Counted from the stretch's first letter, positions 10,033-20,721 are shown. The stretch is DNA of 64,000 bases from an uncultured Actinomycetes bacterium (GCA_963794695.1 CAWCFJ010000007.1:44310-108309), one strand, 5' to 3'. Numbers and translations: made by a program. The notes: generated from the sequence alone by a model not told the origin.

Positions 10033-10889
10033 TTAGGTAGGGCGGACCCCGTAGCGCGCCGCGTGGGCCACCGTCTGGCGCGCGCTGCGCACCAGCGCCG
10101 CGTCGACGAACGCGCCGTCGGCGAGGGCGATCGCGCCGACGTGCGCCCGCTCGGCGGCGGCGAAGCGGGCCAGGAGCTCGCGGGCCCGCACGACCTCGTC
10201 GGCGGCCGGCAGGTAGGCCGCCTCGATGACCGGGAGCTGGCGCGGGTGGATCGCCGACCGGCCCAGGTGGCCCAGCGCCCGGCCGCGCTCGCAGGAGCGG
10301 GCGAGGCCGGCGTCGTCGTCGCGGTGCGGGAAGACCGACTGCGGCGGGCGGGGGAGGCCCGCGGCGACGGCGGCGTTGACGATCCGGCTGCGGGCCCAGT
10401 CGAGCCCCTCCTCGGTGGCGCCGAGCTCGGCCCGAAGGTCGCTCTCGCCGAGCGAGAGGCCGGCCAGGCGCGGGCTGCACGACGCGATCTCGAACGCGGC
10501 CTCGACGCCGCGGGCGGACTCGACGAGGCAGTGCACCGCGAGCTCCGGCGCGCCGGCGGCGTCGAGCAGGTCGAGCACGGCCTCGACGTCGTCGGGGCTC
10601 TCGACCTTCGGAAGGTGGATCCGGTCGAGCTGGGGGAGCCGGGCCACCGCCTCGAGATCGGCCCGGCCGAACGCGTCGACAGCGGGTTGACGCGGACGCT
10701 GACCGGCTTCTCGGGGGCGTTGGTGAGCAGGCCGGAGAGCGCGTCGCGGGCGGCCTCCTTGAGCGACGGCGCCACCGCGTCCTCGAGGTCGACGATGACC
10801 GCGTGCGCCCGCGAGTCCAGCGCCTTGGCCACCAGCTCGGGCCGGCTCGCCGGGGCGTACAGCCAGGTCAGGGGCGGGAGCTCGGTCAC
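10033..10889 (-). CDS. HpcH/HpaI aldolase / citrate-lyase beta (CitE-like, citryl-/malyl-CoA lyase) family protein, frameshift near 10690
   Basis: N-terminal LTWLYAPASRPELVAKALDSRAHAVIVDLEDAV is in one frame. C-terminal ...DRIHLPKVESPDDVEAVLDLL...CLVESARGVEAAFEIA is in another. The GTG start at 10889 overlaps the stop of the upstream CoA-transferase gene (GTGA). Confidence 0.65.
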
Positions 10890-12081
10890 GCGACGACGCC
10901 GTCCCTGCGCAGCCGGTCGATCGCCTCGGCGTCGAGCCCGGCCTCGGCGAGCACGGCGTCGGTGTCGGCGCCGTGGGCCCGGCCGGTCCAGCGGATCGTG
11001 CCCGGCGTGTCCGAGAGCCGGGCCAGCACGTTCGGCATCCGCAGCGGGCCGAGCTGCTCGTCCTCGACCCGGGCGATGGCCCCGATCGCGGCGAGCTGGG
11101 GATCCTCGACGATGTCGCTCGCGTCGTACACCGGCGCCACCGCCGCGTCGGCCTCCTCGAACGCCTGCAGCACCTCGCTCGCGCGAGCGGGCGCCGATCC
11201 AGGCCGCCACCGCGCCGTCGATCTCCTCGACGTGGGCCACCCGGCCCGAGCCGGTGGCGAACCACGGCTGCGTCGACGAGGTCGCCGCGGCCGACGAGCC
11301 GCAGCACCCGGGCGGCGACGCTGTCGGCGCTCGAGGAGACGGCCACCCAGTGCCCGTCGGCGGTCGCGTAGACGTTGCGCGGCGCGTTGTGGCGCGAGCG
11401 GTTGCCGCTGCGCGGCTGCAGCACCCCGAGCTGGTCCCAGGCCGAGACCTGGGGCCCGAGCAGCCCGAGCAGCGGCTCGATCAGCGACACGTCGACCTCC
11501 TGGCCCTCGCCGCCGGCGTCGCGGGCCCGCAGCGCCGCCAGGATCGCGAACGCCGTCGCCAGCGCGGCCACGCCGTCGGCCAGCGCCAGCGGCGGCAAGA
11601 GCGGCGGGCCGTCGGCCTCGCCGTTCAGCGCAGCGAACCCGCTCATGGCCTCGGCCAGCGTCCCGAAGCCCGGCCGGCCGGCGTAGGGCCCGGTCTGGCC
11701 GAACCCCGTGACCCGGGCCAGGACGAGCCCGCGGTTGTCGCGCCTGAGCTCCGGAAAGCCGAGCCCCCAGCGCTCGAGCGTGCCGGGCCGGAAGTTCTCG
11801 ATGACCACGTCGGCCCGGCTCGCGAGCCGCAGGAACACGTCGCGCCCGGCGGGCTTCGACAGGTCGACCGCCGCGAGCCGCTTGTTGCGCCCGAGCATCT
11901 TGAACCACAGGCCTGCGCCGTCCTTGGCCGGGCCGTGGCCGCGCGCCGGGTCGGGTCGGGACGGGTGCTCGATCTTGACCACGTCCGCGCCGAGGTCGCC
12001 CAGGAACATGCCCGCCAGCGGTCCGGCGAACAGGGTCGCCGCCTCGACGACCCGGAGCCCTTCGAGAGGTCCGGCGCTCAC
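10886..12081 (-). CDS. CaiB/BaiF family (class III) CoA-transferase, two indels near 11200-11260
   Basis: LEGLRVVEAATLFAGPLAGMFLGDLGADVVKIE near the N-terminus. C-terminal ...EVLQAFEEADAAVAPVYDASDIVEDPQLAAIGAI.... The central block AHVEEIDGAVAAWIGARSRER is only found in the third frame. Confidence 0.7.
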
Positions 12082-14031
12082 GTCGGCGGCTCGAGGTCGA
12101 CGGCCAGCCGGAAGCCGATCCACGGCGAGCGCTGCAGCTCGCCGCCGAGCAGCAGCAGCTCGAGCGACCAGGACGGCTCCTGCGGGCCGCCGTCGACGTA
12201 CCAGTCGGAGCCCTCGGCGCGATACCCCGACCCGCCCTTGAGGATCGCGAAGCGCGTCCGCCCGTCGTGGTGCTCGCTCTCGGTCCAGTTCCAGACGCGG
12301 GGCTCGGCGCGCTCGAGGACGCCGGCCTCGGCGGCGAGCTGCCACTCGTCCTCGGTCGGCAGCCGGGCGCCGGCCCAGACGGCGTAGGCTCGGGCCTCGG
12401 CCAGCTCGACGTTCGTCGCCGGCGCGTCGGGCGGGCCGCTCGGAGGCCGCCCGCTGAACCGGGCGAGCTCGGCTGCGGTCACCTCGCGCGCGGCGACGGC
12501 GACCCGGCCGAAGAGCTGGTTGGGCCCGGGTCGCGGGACCTCGACCAGGTCGTGCAGCCGGGGCGGCAGCGGCTTCCACTCCTCGACGTACGGCGCGACC
12601 CCGTAGATGCCGGTCTCGCGGCGGCGGAACACGGCGGTGAGCGGACGCGGCTCGACCGCAGCGAACCCCGGCGGCGGCTGGCGCCAGGCCGCGCGCGGGG
12701 TCGGCAGGCGCACGACCTCGCGGGCCGGGAAGGCCCGGTCGCCGGGCGGGTCGGCACGCAGCGCGTCAAGGTCGACCGCCAGCTCGGGCGGGAGGGCCAG
12801 CAGCGCGCCCAGGCCGTGCTCCGGGAGCTCGACCGCGACCCGCTCGGCGGCGACCAGCTCGCGGCCGGCGAAGAGGTCGTACAGCCGGTGCCCCTCGGGC
12901 AGGCCGTCGAGCAGCAGCTCGCCGCGGAAGGCGCCCGCCGGCGCTCGTCGCGAGCGTCCACAGGACCCCGCCGGAGCCGGCGAAGCGGGAGCCGACGACC
13001 GCCGGCCGCGACGGCTCCGCCGAGCGCACCGCGAGCGGCTCCCAGTCGCCGTCGGTCAGCAGGTCGGCGAAACGGCGCTGCACCCGCAGCATCGAGCGCA
13101 GCAGCGAGGCGTCGCGCTCGCTCCAGCCGACCCACGAGCCGAACACGTTCTCCCACACGAGCACCCCGACGCCGTTCAGCCAGGCGCTCCGCAGCTCCTC
13201 GGCGTGGTCGCGGTTCCAGCGCCGGGTGTGGCGGAGCAGGTGGCGCTGCTCGAACCAGCGCGCCCGCAGCACGCCCGGCACCGGGCTGTCGGCGACCCAC
13301 TGGGCCCACGACAGGTGGTGGTCGGCGATCCGCTCGCACGGCACGCTCGACTCCCCCTCGAAGGCCACGCCCGGCCGGGCGGCGTCCACCGCGGCGCGGA
13401 GCTCCGGGCGGGCCTCGCGCAGCGTGTCGAGCATGACCCCGTCGGCGCCGAGCCAGGCCACGACGTCGGCCACCGCCTGCTCGTCGGGCATGCCGGAGCG
13501 CCGGGTGCCGACGTCCCACGGGTTGTAGTCCAGGAACACCCGCACCCCGTGGTCCTGCAGGTGGGCGACCAGCTCGGGCAGCCCCGGGACGCCGCGGTAC
13601 AGGTCGAACTGGTTGCGCTCGTCGATCCCGATGACCGGGTAGGCGTGCCACAGCACGATCCCGTCGTACCCGCCGAACCGCCGCTCGCCGTCGCGAAGGA
13701 AGCGATCGGGCGTGAACGTGCGCTCCTCGTGGTCGTACAGCAGCTCGTCCCACAGCCAGGCCAGGGCGACGCACAGGCAGCGCGGCGTCCAGGCGAAGGC
13801 CGGGTCGCGGTACGCGGCGCCGTCGTAGCCCGTGCGGGCCCGGGCCTCGTCGCGCCAGCGGCGGAGGGCCGCACGCCAGGCGGGCCAGTCGGCGACGGCG
13901 TCGGGTGCGGCCAGGATCTTGGCCCGGTCGAGCACCGCCAGGTCGGCGTCCGGCTCGAGCGGCACGGCCGTCGGCAGGTCGACCGGGCGCGGAACGAGCG
14001 GGTCGCGCGGGGCGTCCATGGCCAGGGTCAT
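12078..14031 (-). CDS. Two-domain protein: N-terminal hydrolase-like domain of unassigned family fused to a C-terminal FGE-sulfatase (SUMF1/EgtB/PvdO-like) domain, frameshift near 12770-12900
   Basis: The ATG at 14031 overlaps the stop of the upstream ARH gene (ATGA). N-terminal part ...GIVLWHAYPVIGIDERNQFDLYRGVPGLPELVAHLQDHGVRVFLDYNPWDVG...GVMLDTL... reads as a TIM-barrel-like hydrolase. C-terminal part AYAVWAGARLPTEDEWQLAAEAG...RVWNWTESEH...LKGGSGYRAEGSDWYVDGGP...WIGFRLAV matches the FGE C-terminal signature. Its stop overlaps the CaiB start. Confidence 0.55.
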
Positions 14032-15330
14032 GCGGCCACCAGCAGCGTCCGCTCGGCCAGCGCCGCGATGGACGCGCCGTCGAAGCCGGGGAGCGAGGTG
14101 GCGATGCGGTCGCGCAGCGGCGCCGTCCAGCACTCGGGGATGCCGGAGGCACCGACCCGGGCGCCGAGGATGGAGCCCACGGCGGCGCCGTTCGAGTCCG
14201 TGTCCCAGCCGGCCGCCACGGCGGCGCAGATCGCCGCCCGAGTAGTCGTCGCCGAAGCGGCACAGCACCGCCGCGACGAGCGCGGTGTTGTTGATCGCGT
14301 GCACCCAGTGCAGCTCGCCGAACGCCTGCTCGAGCCCGTCGACGACCCGCTCCCAGTCCGCGTCGCTCTCGGCCAGCGCGCGGGCCGTGCGGATCGCGCC
14401 GGCGAGCCGGGAGCGCGGCGGCACCGCCTCGAGCCCGGCCTCGACGCAGCTCGCGGGCGTCGCGCCGGCCACGGACGCCGCGCTCGCGGCAGCCATGAAG
14501 GTGGCCGCGGAGATCCCGTTGGCGGTGTGGCTCAGCCGCGCGTCGCGGTACGCCAGCGCGGCGGCTGCGCCCGGGTTGCCGGGGCGGGCCCAGCCGTACA
14601 GCTCGACCCGGATCCGGGCGCCGATCCACTCCCGGAACGGGTTCCTGTAGGTCGCCGTCTCGGGCGGCAGAAGGCCCAGCAGGAGGTTGCGGTAGGCGAG
14701 CCGCTCGGCGGTGAACGAGCGACCGGCCGGCATCAGGTCGAGCCACGCCTGGGCCACGTCCTCGGTCGTCAGCGCGTCGCCGTGCTGCTCGAGCAGGTGC
14801 AGCGCCAGCAGCGTGTAGTTGAGGTCGTCGTCCTCGGGCATGCCGTCGATCGTCTCGGCCAGGCTCGTCGCGGCGCTGCGGCGGTTCCAGGGCCAGCGGG
14901 CGGCGACCTCGGCGGGCAGGCCGCGGGCCGTGAACCAGCCGTCGAGCGGCCAGCGGCCCGACGCCTGGAGCAGCTCCCGGATGCCCTCGCGCGGGAGCTT
15001 CTCGACCGGCTTTCCGAGCAGGCAGCCGGCGGCCCGGCCGAGCCAGGCGCCGTGGATCCGGTCGCCGAGATCCGTCGGGGAGGAGCCGCCGGACGCCCCG
15101 GGAGAAGGGAGGTAGACACCCGGGGCGTCCGGCTCGTCGCCGGTCTCTGGGGAGGCTCCGGCGGCAAGCTCGTCGAGCAGCTGCTCGGCCAGGGGACGGA
15201 GGGAGCGGGAGGCGGGCGCAGACGACGCTCCGGCACGGACGGGCGCCTCGTGGCCGCCGGCGGCCCGCCAGCGCTCGGCGGCGTCGCCCACGTCGCGGCC
15301 CTCCTCGCGTGCCTGACGCAGGGCGTGGCC
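14028..15330 (-). CDS. ADP-ribosylglycohydrolase (ARH/DraG-like) family protein, copy 2, with an unusual ~100-aa Pro/Ala/Ser-rich N-terminal extension and a C-terminal frameshift near 14235
   Basis: DRIHGAWLGRAAGCLLGKPVE...NYTLLALHLLEQHGDALTTEDVAQAWL...HAINNTALVAAVLCRFGDDYS. The C-terminal end (AAGWDTDSNGAAVGSILGARVGASGIPECW...) is in the frame of ORF 14028..14219. The start is not resolved. Confidence 0.6.
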
Positions 15331-15356
15331 CACCAGGTCCTCGGGCTGGACCCAGG

Positions 15357-16580
15357 TCAGCCGCACCCGTCCCGCCCGTCGAGCGTCGCGAAGGACGCGG
15401 CGCGGGCCGCGTGCGCCGCGTCGTCGCGGGCGAAGATCTCGCGGGCCACCGCGGCCATCTCGCTGCCGGGGGCGTCGAGGTCGATCCGGCTGGCCGTCGC
15501 GACCTCGTCGGCCCAGTCGGCACGCACGCCGTCGCGCCCGGCCAGCGCGCCGGCGATCGCTCCGCCCATCGAGGCGATCGAGTCGGCGTCGCGGCCGTAG
15601 TTCACGCCGCCGAGCACCGTCTCGGCGAAGTCCCCGCCGGTGGCCACGAGCAGGCCGAGCGCCACCGGGAGCTCCTCGATCGCGTGCACCCGGCTCGGCC
15701 GTCGGGCGTCGAGCCCGGGCTGGAAGTACACCGGGCCGACGGTGTCGTACGGCTCGACCGCGGCGCGCAGCGCGGCGAGCCCGCCCTCGCGCCAGCCGTC
15801 GAGGTCGGCGGCCCGCTCGCACACGGCCTCGACGGCCGCACGGGTGCCGTCCTCGGCCCGGGCCAGGCAGGCCGTGACGACCGAGCCGACGTCGGCGCCG
15901 GGCCGCAGGGCCTCGGCGACCGCTGCGGCGAAGACGCCCGCCGCCTCGCGGCCGTAGCTCGACTGGTGCGCCCCGGCGATGTCGAGCGCCTCGCGGTAGG
16001 CGCCGGCGGCGTCTCCGGCGTTGGCGATCCCGACCGGCGCGCAGTACATCGCCGCGCCACAGTTGACGATGTTGCCGACCCCGGCCTCGCGCGGGTCGAC
16101 GTGCCCGTAGTGCAGCCGCAGGACGAGCCACTTCTCGGCCAGCGCCAGGCGGTGCAGCAGGAGCTCCTCGCGGCCGAGCTCGGGAATCCAGATTCGCTCT
16201 CCGATCAGCTCGGGCACCAGCAGCCGCTCGACGTCGTAGGCGCCCAGGTGGTCGCGCTTCTGCGCGTACACCCGCACCAGCGCGCGCGTCACCAGGGTGT
16301 CGTCGGTGACGTGCCCGTCGCCCTTGTGGAACGGCGCCAGCGGCCGGTCGTCGAGGGCGTGGGTCATCGACGGCACGACGCCTTCGACGAACCCGCCGTA
16401 GTGCTCGACGATGTCCGCCTGGCCCCGGCCCTCGGTGGCGCCGCCGAGGGCGTCGCCGATCGCCGCGCCGACGAGGCAGCCGCGGGCCCGACCCTCGAGG
16501 TCGAGCCCCGAACGAGCCTCGGTGGCGAGGGCCTTCACGCCCTCGCCACTCGTGTGGCTCCCGTTGCCGTCAGCCGGCAA
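15357..16580 (-). CDS. ADP-ribosylglycohydrolase (ARH/DraG-like) family protein, copy 1
   Basis: Intact 407-aa ORF. CLVGAAIGDALGGATEG, GNIVNCGAAMYCAPVG and VNYGRDADSIASMGGAIAGALAG are the ARH metal-binding motifs. Confidence 0.75.
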   Translation of the reverse strand: MPADGNGSHTSGEGVKALATEARSGLDLEGRARGCLVGAAIGDALGGATEGRGQADIVEHYGGFVEGVVPSMTHALDDRPLAPFHKGDGHVTDDTLVTRALVRVYAQKRDHLGAYDVERLLVPELIGERIWIPELGREELLLHRLALAEKWLVLRLHYGHVDPREAGVGNIVNCGAAMYCAPVGIANAGDAAGAYREALDIAGAHQSSYGREAAGVFAAAVAEALRPGADVGSVVTACLARAEDGTRAAVEAVCERAADLDGWREGGLAALRAAVEPYDTVGPVYFQPGLDARRPSRVHAIEELPVALGLLVATGGDFAETVLGGVNYGRDADSIASMGGAIAGALAGRDGVRADWADEVATASRIDLDAPGSEMAAVAREIFARDDAAHAARAASFATLDGRDGCG

Positions 16581-17850
16581 CCGAGTCCCATCCCGACTTC
16601 AGCTTCGCGCCGAGGTCGCTCAGGCTCATCTGGTTCTGGAAGTACTGCTGGAACGCGGGCGTGGCCGTGTCGTCCTTCCACTGCGGGTAGGCGGCGAGGT
16701 TCTGGAACGGCGCCACCTCCAGGGTCTTGAGCGAGGCGATCATGACACGCCAGGCGCCCCGGTTCTTGGTCGTCGCGAGCACCTTCTTGCCGGCCGCCGG
16801 GTTCGACGGGATGAGCCAGTCGCCCGTGGCCAGCTTGGCCATGTTCTGGGCGTTCAGGAAGTAGGCGATGAACTGCATCGCCTCGGCCTTGTGCTTGCTC
16901 TGCTGGGCGATCGAGAGCGTCTGCGGATCGGCCGCCTGGGCCTGGGTGACGCCCTTGAGCGGCGGCAGCATCACCCAGCCGAAGCCCGCGGGAGCCTGCT
17001 CGACCATCTGCTGCGCGGCGTAGGAGCCCTGCATGGTCATCGCCGTCTTGCTGGCGAAGAACGCGGGCAGCACCGCGCTGCCGGACGCGCCGACGCTGCT
17101 CGGGTCGACCGACTTGTCGGTCCAGATCATGTCGTGGATCAGCTGCGGCACCTTCTGCTCGGCCGCGCCCCACTTGAACTGGTACTTCGAGCCGCTCGGG
17201 TAGAAGAACTTGCCGTTGTAGTTCAGCGCCGTCGAGAGCACCGCGGCGGTCGGCGACTTGAGGCCCCAGCTGACGCCGTACACGCCGCTCCGGGTCAGCT
17301 TCTTGGCGTTCGCCCGGAACTGGGCCCAGGTCCAGGGATCGTTCTCCGTCGGCACGGCGATCCCGGCCTGCTTCAGGAGCGTCGCGTTCGCGAACAGGTT
17401 GTAGGTCTGCAGCAGGAACGGGACGCCCGCGACCTTGTGGTTGAAGGTCACCGACGACCAGATGTTCTGCGGGATGCTGGACGTCAGCTCGGACGAGCGC
17501 AGCTTGCTCAGATCGGCCAGGTAGCCCTGCTGGGCGAACCCGCGGATGTCGGCCGCCTCGTCGTGGATGATGTCCGGCGCAGAGCCGCCGACGAAGCTCG
17601 TCAGGAGCTTGTCGTGCACCGAGTCCCAGTCGCCCTGCACGTACTGCACCTGGATGCTCGGGTGGCTCTTGTTCCAGGCGTTGACGATCGCCTGGTTGGC
17701 GGCCACGGTCGGCTTCTGCCAGGCCAGGCTCTGGAAGGTCAGCTTGACCGTTGCCTGGCCGCTGGACGACGCGCCTTGAGCCGCCGTCACGACGCTGACC
17801 GCACACGCAAGCGCTGCGGCGGTCAGGCCGATCGTCCTCCTCCTCTTCAT
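16570..17850 (-). CDS. ABC transporter substrate-binding protein (extracellular solute-binding family 1, carbohydrate type)
   Basis: Signal peptide MKRRRTIGLTAAALACAVSVVTAAQGASSSGQ. Typical sugar-binding-protein length and composition. Heads the transporter block of this operon. Confidence 0.8.
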   Translation of the reverse strand: MKRRRTIGLTAAALACAVSVVTAAQGASSSGQATVKLTFQSLAWQKPTVAANQAIVNAWNKSHPSIQVQYVQGDWDSVHDKLLTSFVGGSAPDIIHDEAADIRGFAQQGYLADLSKLRSSELTSSIPQNIWSSVTFNHKVAGVPFLLQTYNLFANATLLKQAGIAVPTENDPWTWAQFRANAKKLTRSGVYGVSWGLKSPTAAVLSTALNYNGKFFYPSGSKYQFKWGAAEQKVPQLIHDMIWTDKSVDPSSVGASGSAVLPAFFASKTAMTMQGSYAAQQMVEQAPAGFGWVMLPPLKGVTQAQAADPQTLSIAQQSKHKAEAMQFIAYFLNAQNMAKLATGDWLIPSNPAAGKKVLATTKNRGAWRVMIASLKTLEVAPFQNLAAYPQWKDDTATPAFQQYFQNQMSLSDLGAKLKSGWDSVAG

Positions 17851-17899
17851 GTCTCCCCGTGCCCTTTCTGTCGGGCGGCGACCGGGTGGCCGCCGCCGA

Positions 17900-18751
17900 T
17901 TACCCCTTGACGGCCCCCGAGAGCAGCCCGCCGGTGAGCCAGCGCTGCATCACCCCGAAGAACACGAGGCTCGGCAGCGTCGCGAGCAGCGCGGCGGCTG
18001 CCAGCGGCCCGAGGCGCGGGATGCCCTCGATCCCCACGAACTGCGCGAGGGTGACGGGCAGGGTCGTCAGCGACGGGTCCTGCAGCAGCACCAGCGCGAA
18101 GAAGAACTCGTTCCAGGCCAGGACGAACGCGAACATCACCGTGACGATCACGCCCGGCAAGAGCAGCGGGGCGATCACGTGGATCAGGATCTGCATCCGC
18201 GACGCCCCGTCCACGGCGGCCGCGTCCTCGAGGTCGGTCGGGATCCCGCGGATGTAGGTCTGCAGCATCCAGAGCGTGAACGGCAGCGCCCAGACCAGGT
18301 ACACGAGCACGAGTCCGGTGTGGGTGTTCGTCAGCTGGAGCCGCCGCAGGAGCAGGAACAGCGGGATGATCACCAGGATCAGCGGGAAGACCTGGGTGAG
18401 CAGGATCCAGCCCGTGCCGAGCCGGCTCAGCAGCCCCTTGTGGCGCGCCAGGACGTACGCCGCCGGCAGGCCGAAGAGCGTCGTGAGGAGCGCGGTCGCG
18501 AGCGAGATCTTGGTGCTGTTGACGGCGCTCGTGACGAGCCGGTCGGTGTCGAGCGCCTCGCGGTAGTTCGCGAGCGACAGGCTGTCGGGCAGGAACGAGG
18601 GGTGCAGCTCGACGAGCTCCCGCGGCCCCTTGAACGAGATGGACAGCATCCACAGCAGCGGGAAGGCCAGGAACAGCATGTACACGGCCAGCAGCGCGTA
18701 CTGGCTGGTGCGCGCGGCGCGCCGTTGACGGCGGCTGGTGACGATCATGCC
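17900..18751 (-). CDS. Carbohydrate ABC transporter permease (MalG-like)
   Basis: Real part starts MIVTSRRQRRAARTSQYALLAVYMLFLAFPLLWML.... It carries the EAA-like loop DLEDAAAVDGASRMQILIHVIAPL. Confidence 0.8.
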   Translation of the reverse strand, partial: GMIVTSRRQRRAARTSQYALLAVYMLFLAFPLLWMLSISFKGPRELVELHPSFLPDSLSLANYREALDTDRLVTSAVNSTKISLATALLTTLFGLPAAYVLARHKGLLSRLGTGWILLTQVFPLILVIIPLFLLLRRLQLTNTHTGLVLVYLVWALPFTLWMLQTYIRGIPTDLEDAAAVDGASRMQILIHVIAPLLLPGVIVTVMFAFVLAWNEFFFALVLLQDPSLTTLPVTLAQFVGIEGIPRLGPLAAAALLATLPSLVFFGVMQRWLTGGLLSGAVKG

Positions 18752-19677
18752 GTCTCCCGGAAGCGCCGCCAGAGGTAGGCCGAGAGGATGATCGCGATGA
18801 CGATCACCATCAGATCGCCGAGCGCCGCGGCGTAGCCGAACTGGCCGTACTTGAAGGCCTCGTCGTAGGCGAACAGCATCGGCACCCGGGTCTTGCCGCC
18901 GGGCCCGCCGTCGGTGAGGACGTACAGCAGGCCGAACGAGTTGAAGTTCCAGACGAAGTCCAGCGTGGTGATGGCGACGATCACGCCGGCGAGCTGGGGG
19001 AGGGTCACGCTGCGGAAGCGGCGCAGCGCGCCGGCGCCGTCGACCGCGGCCGCCTCGTGCAGCTCGTCCGGCATCGTCTGCAGCCCGGCGAGCAGGGCGA
19101 CGGTGGTCTGCGGCATCCCGGCCCACACGCCGACCAGGATCGCCGCCGGCAGGGCCAGGCTGAAGTCGGCCAGCCAGTCGGTCGTCGAGCCCGGCAGGTG
19201 GGTGCGGAAGAGGATCTCGTTGAGGACGCCCGCCTGCTGCTGGTAGACGAGCTTCCACATGATCCCGACGATCACCGGCGGCATCGCCCAGGGCACCAGC
19301 GAGAGCGCCCGGGCGACCCCGCGGCCGCGCAGCGGGGCGTTCAGCAGGAGCGCCAGGCCGAGCGCCAGCACGAACTGGATCGCGGTCACCGAGAACGCCC
19401 AGATCAGGCCGATCTTGAACGACTCGACGAACTGGCTGTCGTTCAGGGCGGTGCGGAAGTTCTCGAGCCCGACGAAGTGCGTCTGCAGGCCGAGCCCTGC
19501 CTGGGAGTCGGTGAAGCCGAGGTAGATCCCGCGGATCAGCGGGATCGCGCTGAAGACCATGATCGGCAGCAGCGCCGGGACGACCAGCAGGATCGCCCCG
19601 CGCGACGAGAGACCGGAGCCGGCCCGGCTGCGGCGGCGGGTGCGGGGCACGCTGGCGTCGACGCCCGCGACGCTCAC
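18745..19677 (-). CDS. Carbohydrate ABC transporter permease (MalF-like)
   Basis: ...MPALLPIMVFSAIPLIRGIYLGFTDS...ELHEAAAVDGAGALRRFRSVTLP.... The GTG start at 19677 overlaps the lacI stop. Confidence 0.8.
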   Translation of the reverse strand: MSVAGVDASVPRTRRRSRAGSGLSSRGAILLVVPALLPIMVFSAIPLIRGIYLGFTDSQAGLGLQTHFVGLENFRTALNDSQFVESFKIGLIWAFSVTAIQFVLALGLALLLNAPLRGRGVARALSLVPWAMPPVIVGIMWKLVYQQQAGVLNEILFRTHLPGSTTDWLADFSLALPAAILVGVWAGMPQTTVALLAGLQTMPDELHEAAAVDGAGALRRFRSVTLPQLAGVIVAITTLDFVWNFNSFGLLYVLTDGGPGGKTRVPMLFAYDEAFKYGQFGYAAALGDLMVIVIAIILSAYLWRRFRETA

Positions 19678-20696
19678 GCGGGGATCCTGGGCGCGGAGTC
19701 GCGCACCACGAGGCGCGCCGGGTAGCGCACCCGCTGCGGCGTTCGGTCCGGCCGGCCGAGGCGGGCGAGCAGCAGGTCGGCGGCGATGCGGGCGCGATGG
19801 CCGGAGCCGAGGTCGACGCTGGTCAGCGCCGGCCAGCACAGCTCGGCGAGGTCGGTGTCGTCCATCCCGGCGATGGCCACGTCGTCGGGAACCGAGAGCC
19901 CGGCGCGGTGCAGGGCCCGCAGGCCACCTGCCGCCAGGAGGTCGTTGGCGAACAGGATCGCGTCCGGCTCGCCCCGGTGCAGGAGCCGCTCGGCGGCGGC
20001 GTAGCCGGCGTCGGCGGTGAAGTCGTCGGCGACCTCGACGAGGGCGTCGTCGCGCTCCTGGCCGGCGTCGCGCAGGCCCTCGAGGTAGCCGAGGCGGCGC
20101 TCGTGGCCTGGCAGCGTGGCGACGGGGCCGTTGACGAAGGCGATCCGGCGCCGGCCGAGCGCGTGCAGGTGGGCCACGGCCAGCCCGGCGCCGCGGCGCG
20201 AGTCGGCCTCGACGGCGTCGACGGCCAGGCCCTTCGGCAGCCGTCCGATGACCACCACCGGCGCCGCCGCCTCGCGCAGCGCCTCGGCGTGGGCCTCGGT
20301 CACGACCAGGGTGGCGATGATCAGCCCGTCGACGAAGCCCTGGCCGAGGTCGCGCACGATCTCGAGCTCGTCGGCCGCGTCGGAGCCCGTGGAGTGCAGC
20401 ACGAGCCGGCTGCCCGCCGCCGCCGCGGCTTCCTGGATGACCCGCACCATGCGCGTGTAGACCGGGTTCGCGACGTCGGGCATGGCGAACGCGATGTGGC
20501 CGGTACGCTGCGAGCGCAGGGAGCGGGCGGCGGCGTTCGGCATGTAGCCGACGCTCTCGGCGGCGGCGACGACCCGGGCGACGGTCTCGGGATGGGTCTG
20601 GATGCCGTTGAGCGCGCGGGAGGCGGTCGCGATCGAGACGTTCGCCGCGCGGGCGACGGTGCTGAGCGTGGGCTTGCGCTGGGAGGCGGCAGTCAT
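19674..20696 (-). CDS. LacI family transcriptional regulator
   Basis: N-terminal HTH TLSTVARAANVSIATASRALNG, followed by a periplasmic-binding-protein-like effector domain. Confidence 0.85.
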   Translation of the reverse strand: MTAASQRKPTLSTVARAANVSIATASRALNGIQTHPETVARVVAAAESVGYMPNAAARSLRSQRTGHIAFAMPDVANPVYTRMVRVIQEAAAAAGSRLVLHSTGSDAADELEIVRDLGQGFVDGLIIATLVVTEAHAEALREAAAPVVVIGRLPKGLAVDAVEADSRRGAGLAVAHLHALGRRRIAFVNGPVATLPGHERRLGYLEGLRDAGQERDDALVEVADDFTADAGYAAAERLLHRGEPDAILFANDLLAAGGLRALHRAGLSVPDDVAIAGMDDTDLAELCWPALTSVDLGSGHRARIAADLLLARLGRPDRTPQRVRYPARLVVRDSAPRIPA

Positions 20697-20721
20697 CGAC
20701 GGCGTCCTGTAAAGGATTCCA

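Noticed and set aside
9597-11240. 547-aa ORF spanning the secreted repeat gene, CitE and CaiB
   Set aside because: A chimera: its only protein-like stretches are pieces of the CaiB middle, the CitE N-terminus and the signal peptide at 9900, joined by frameshift read-through.
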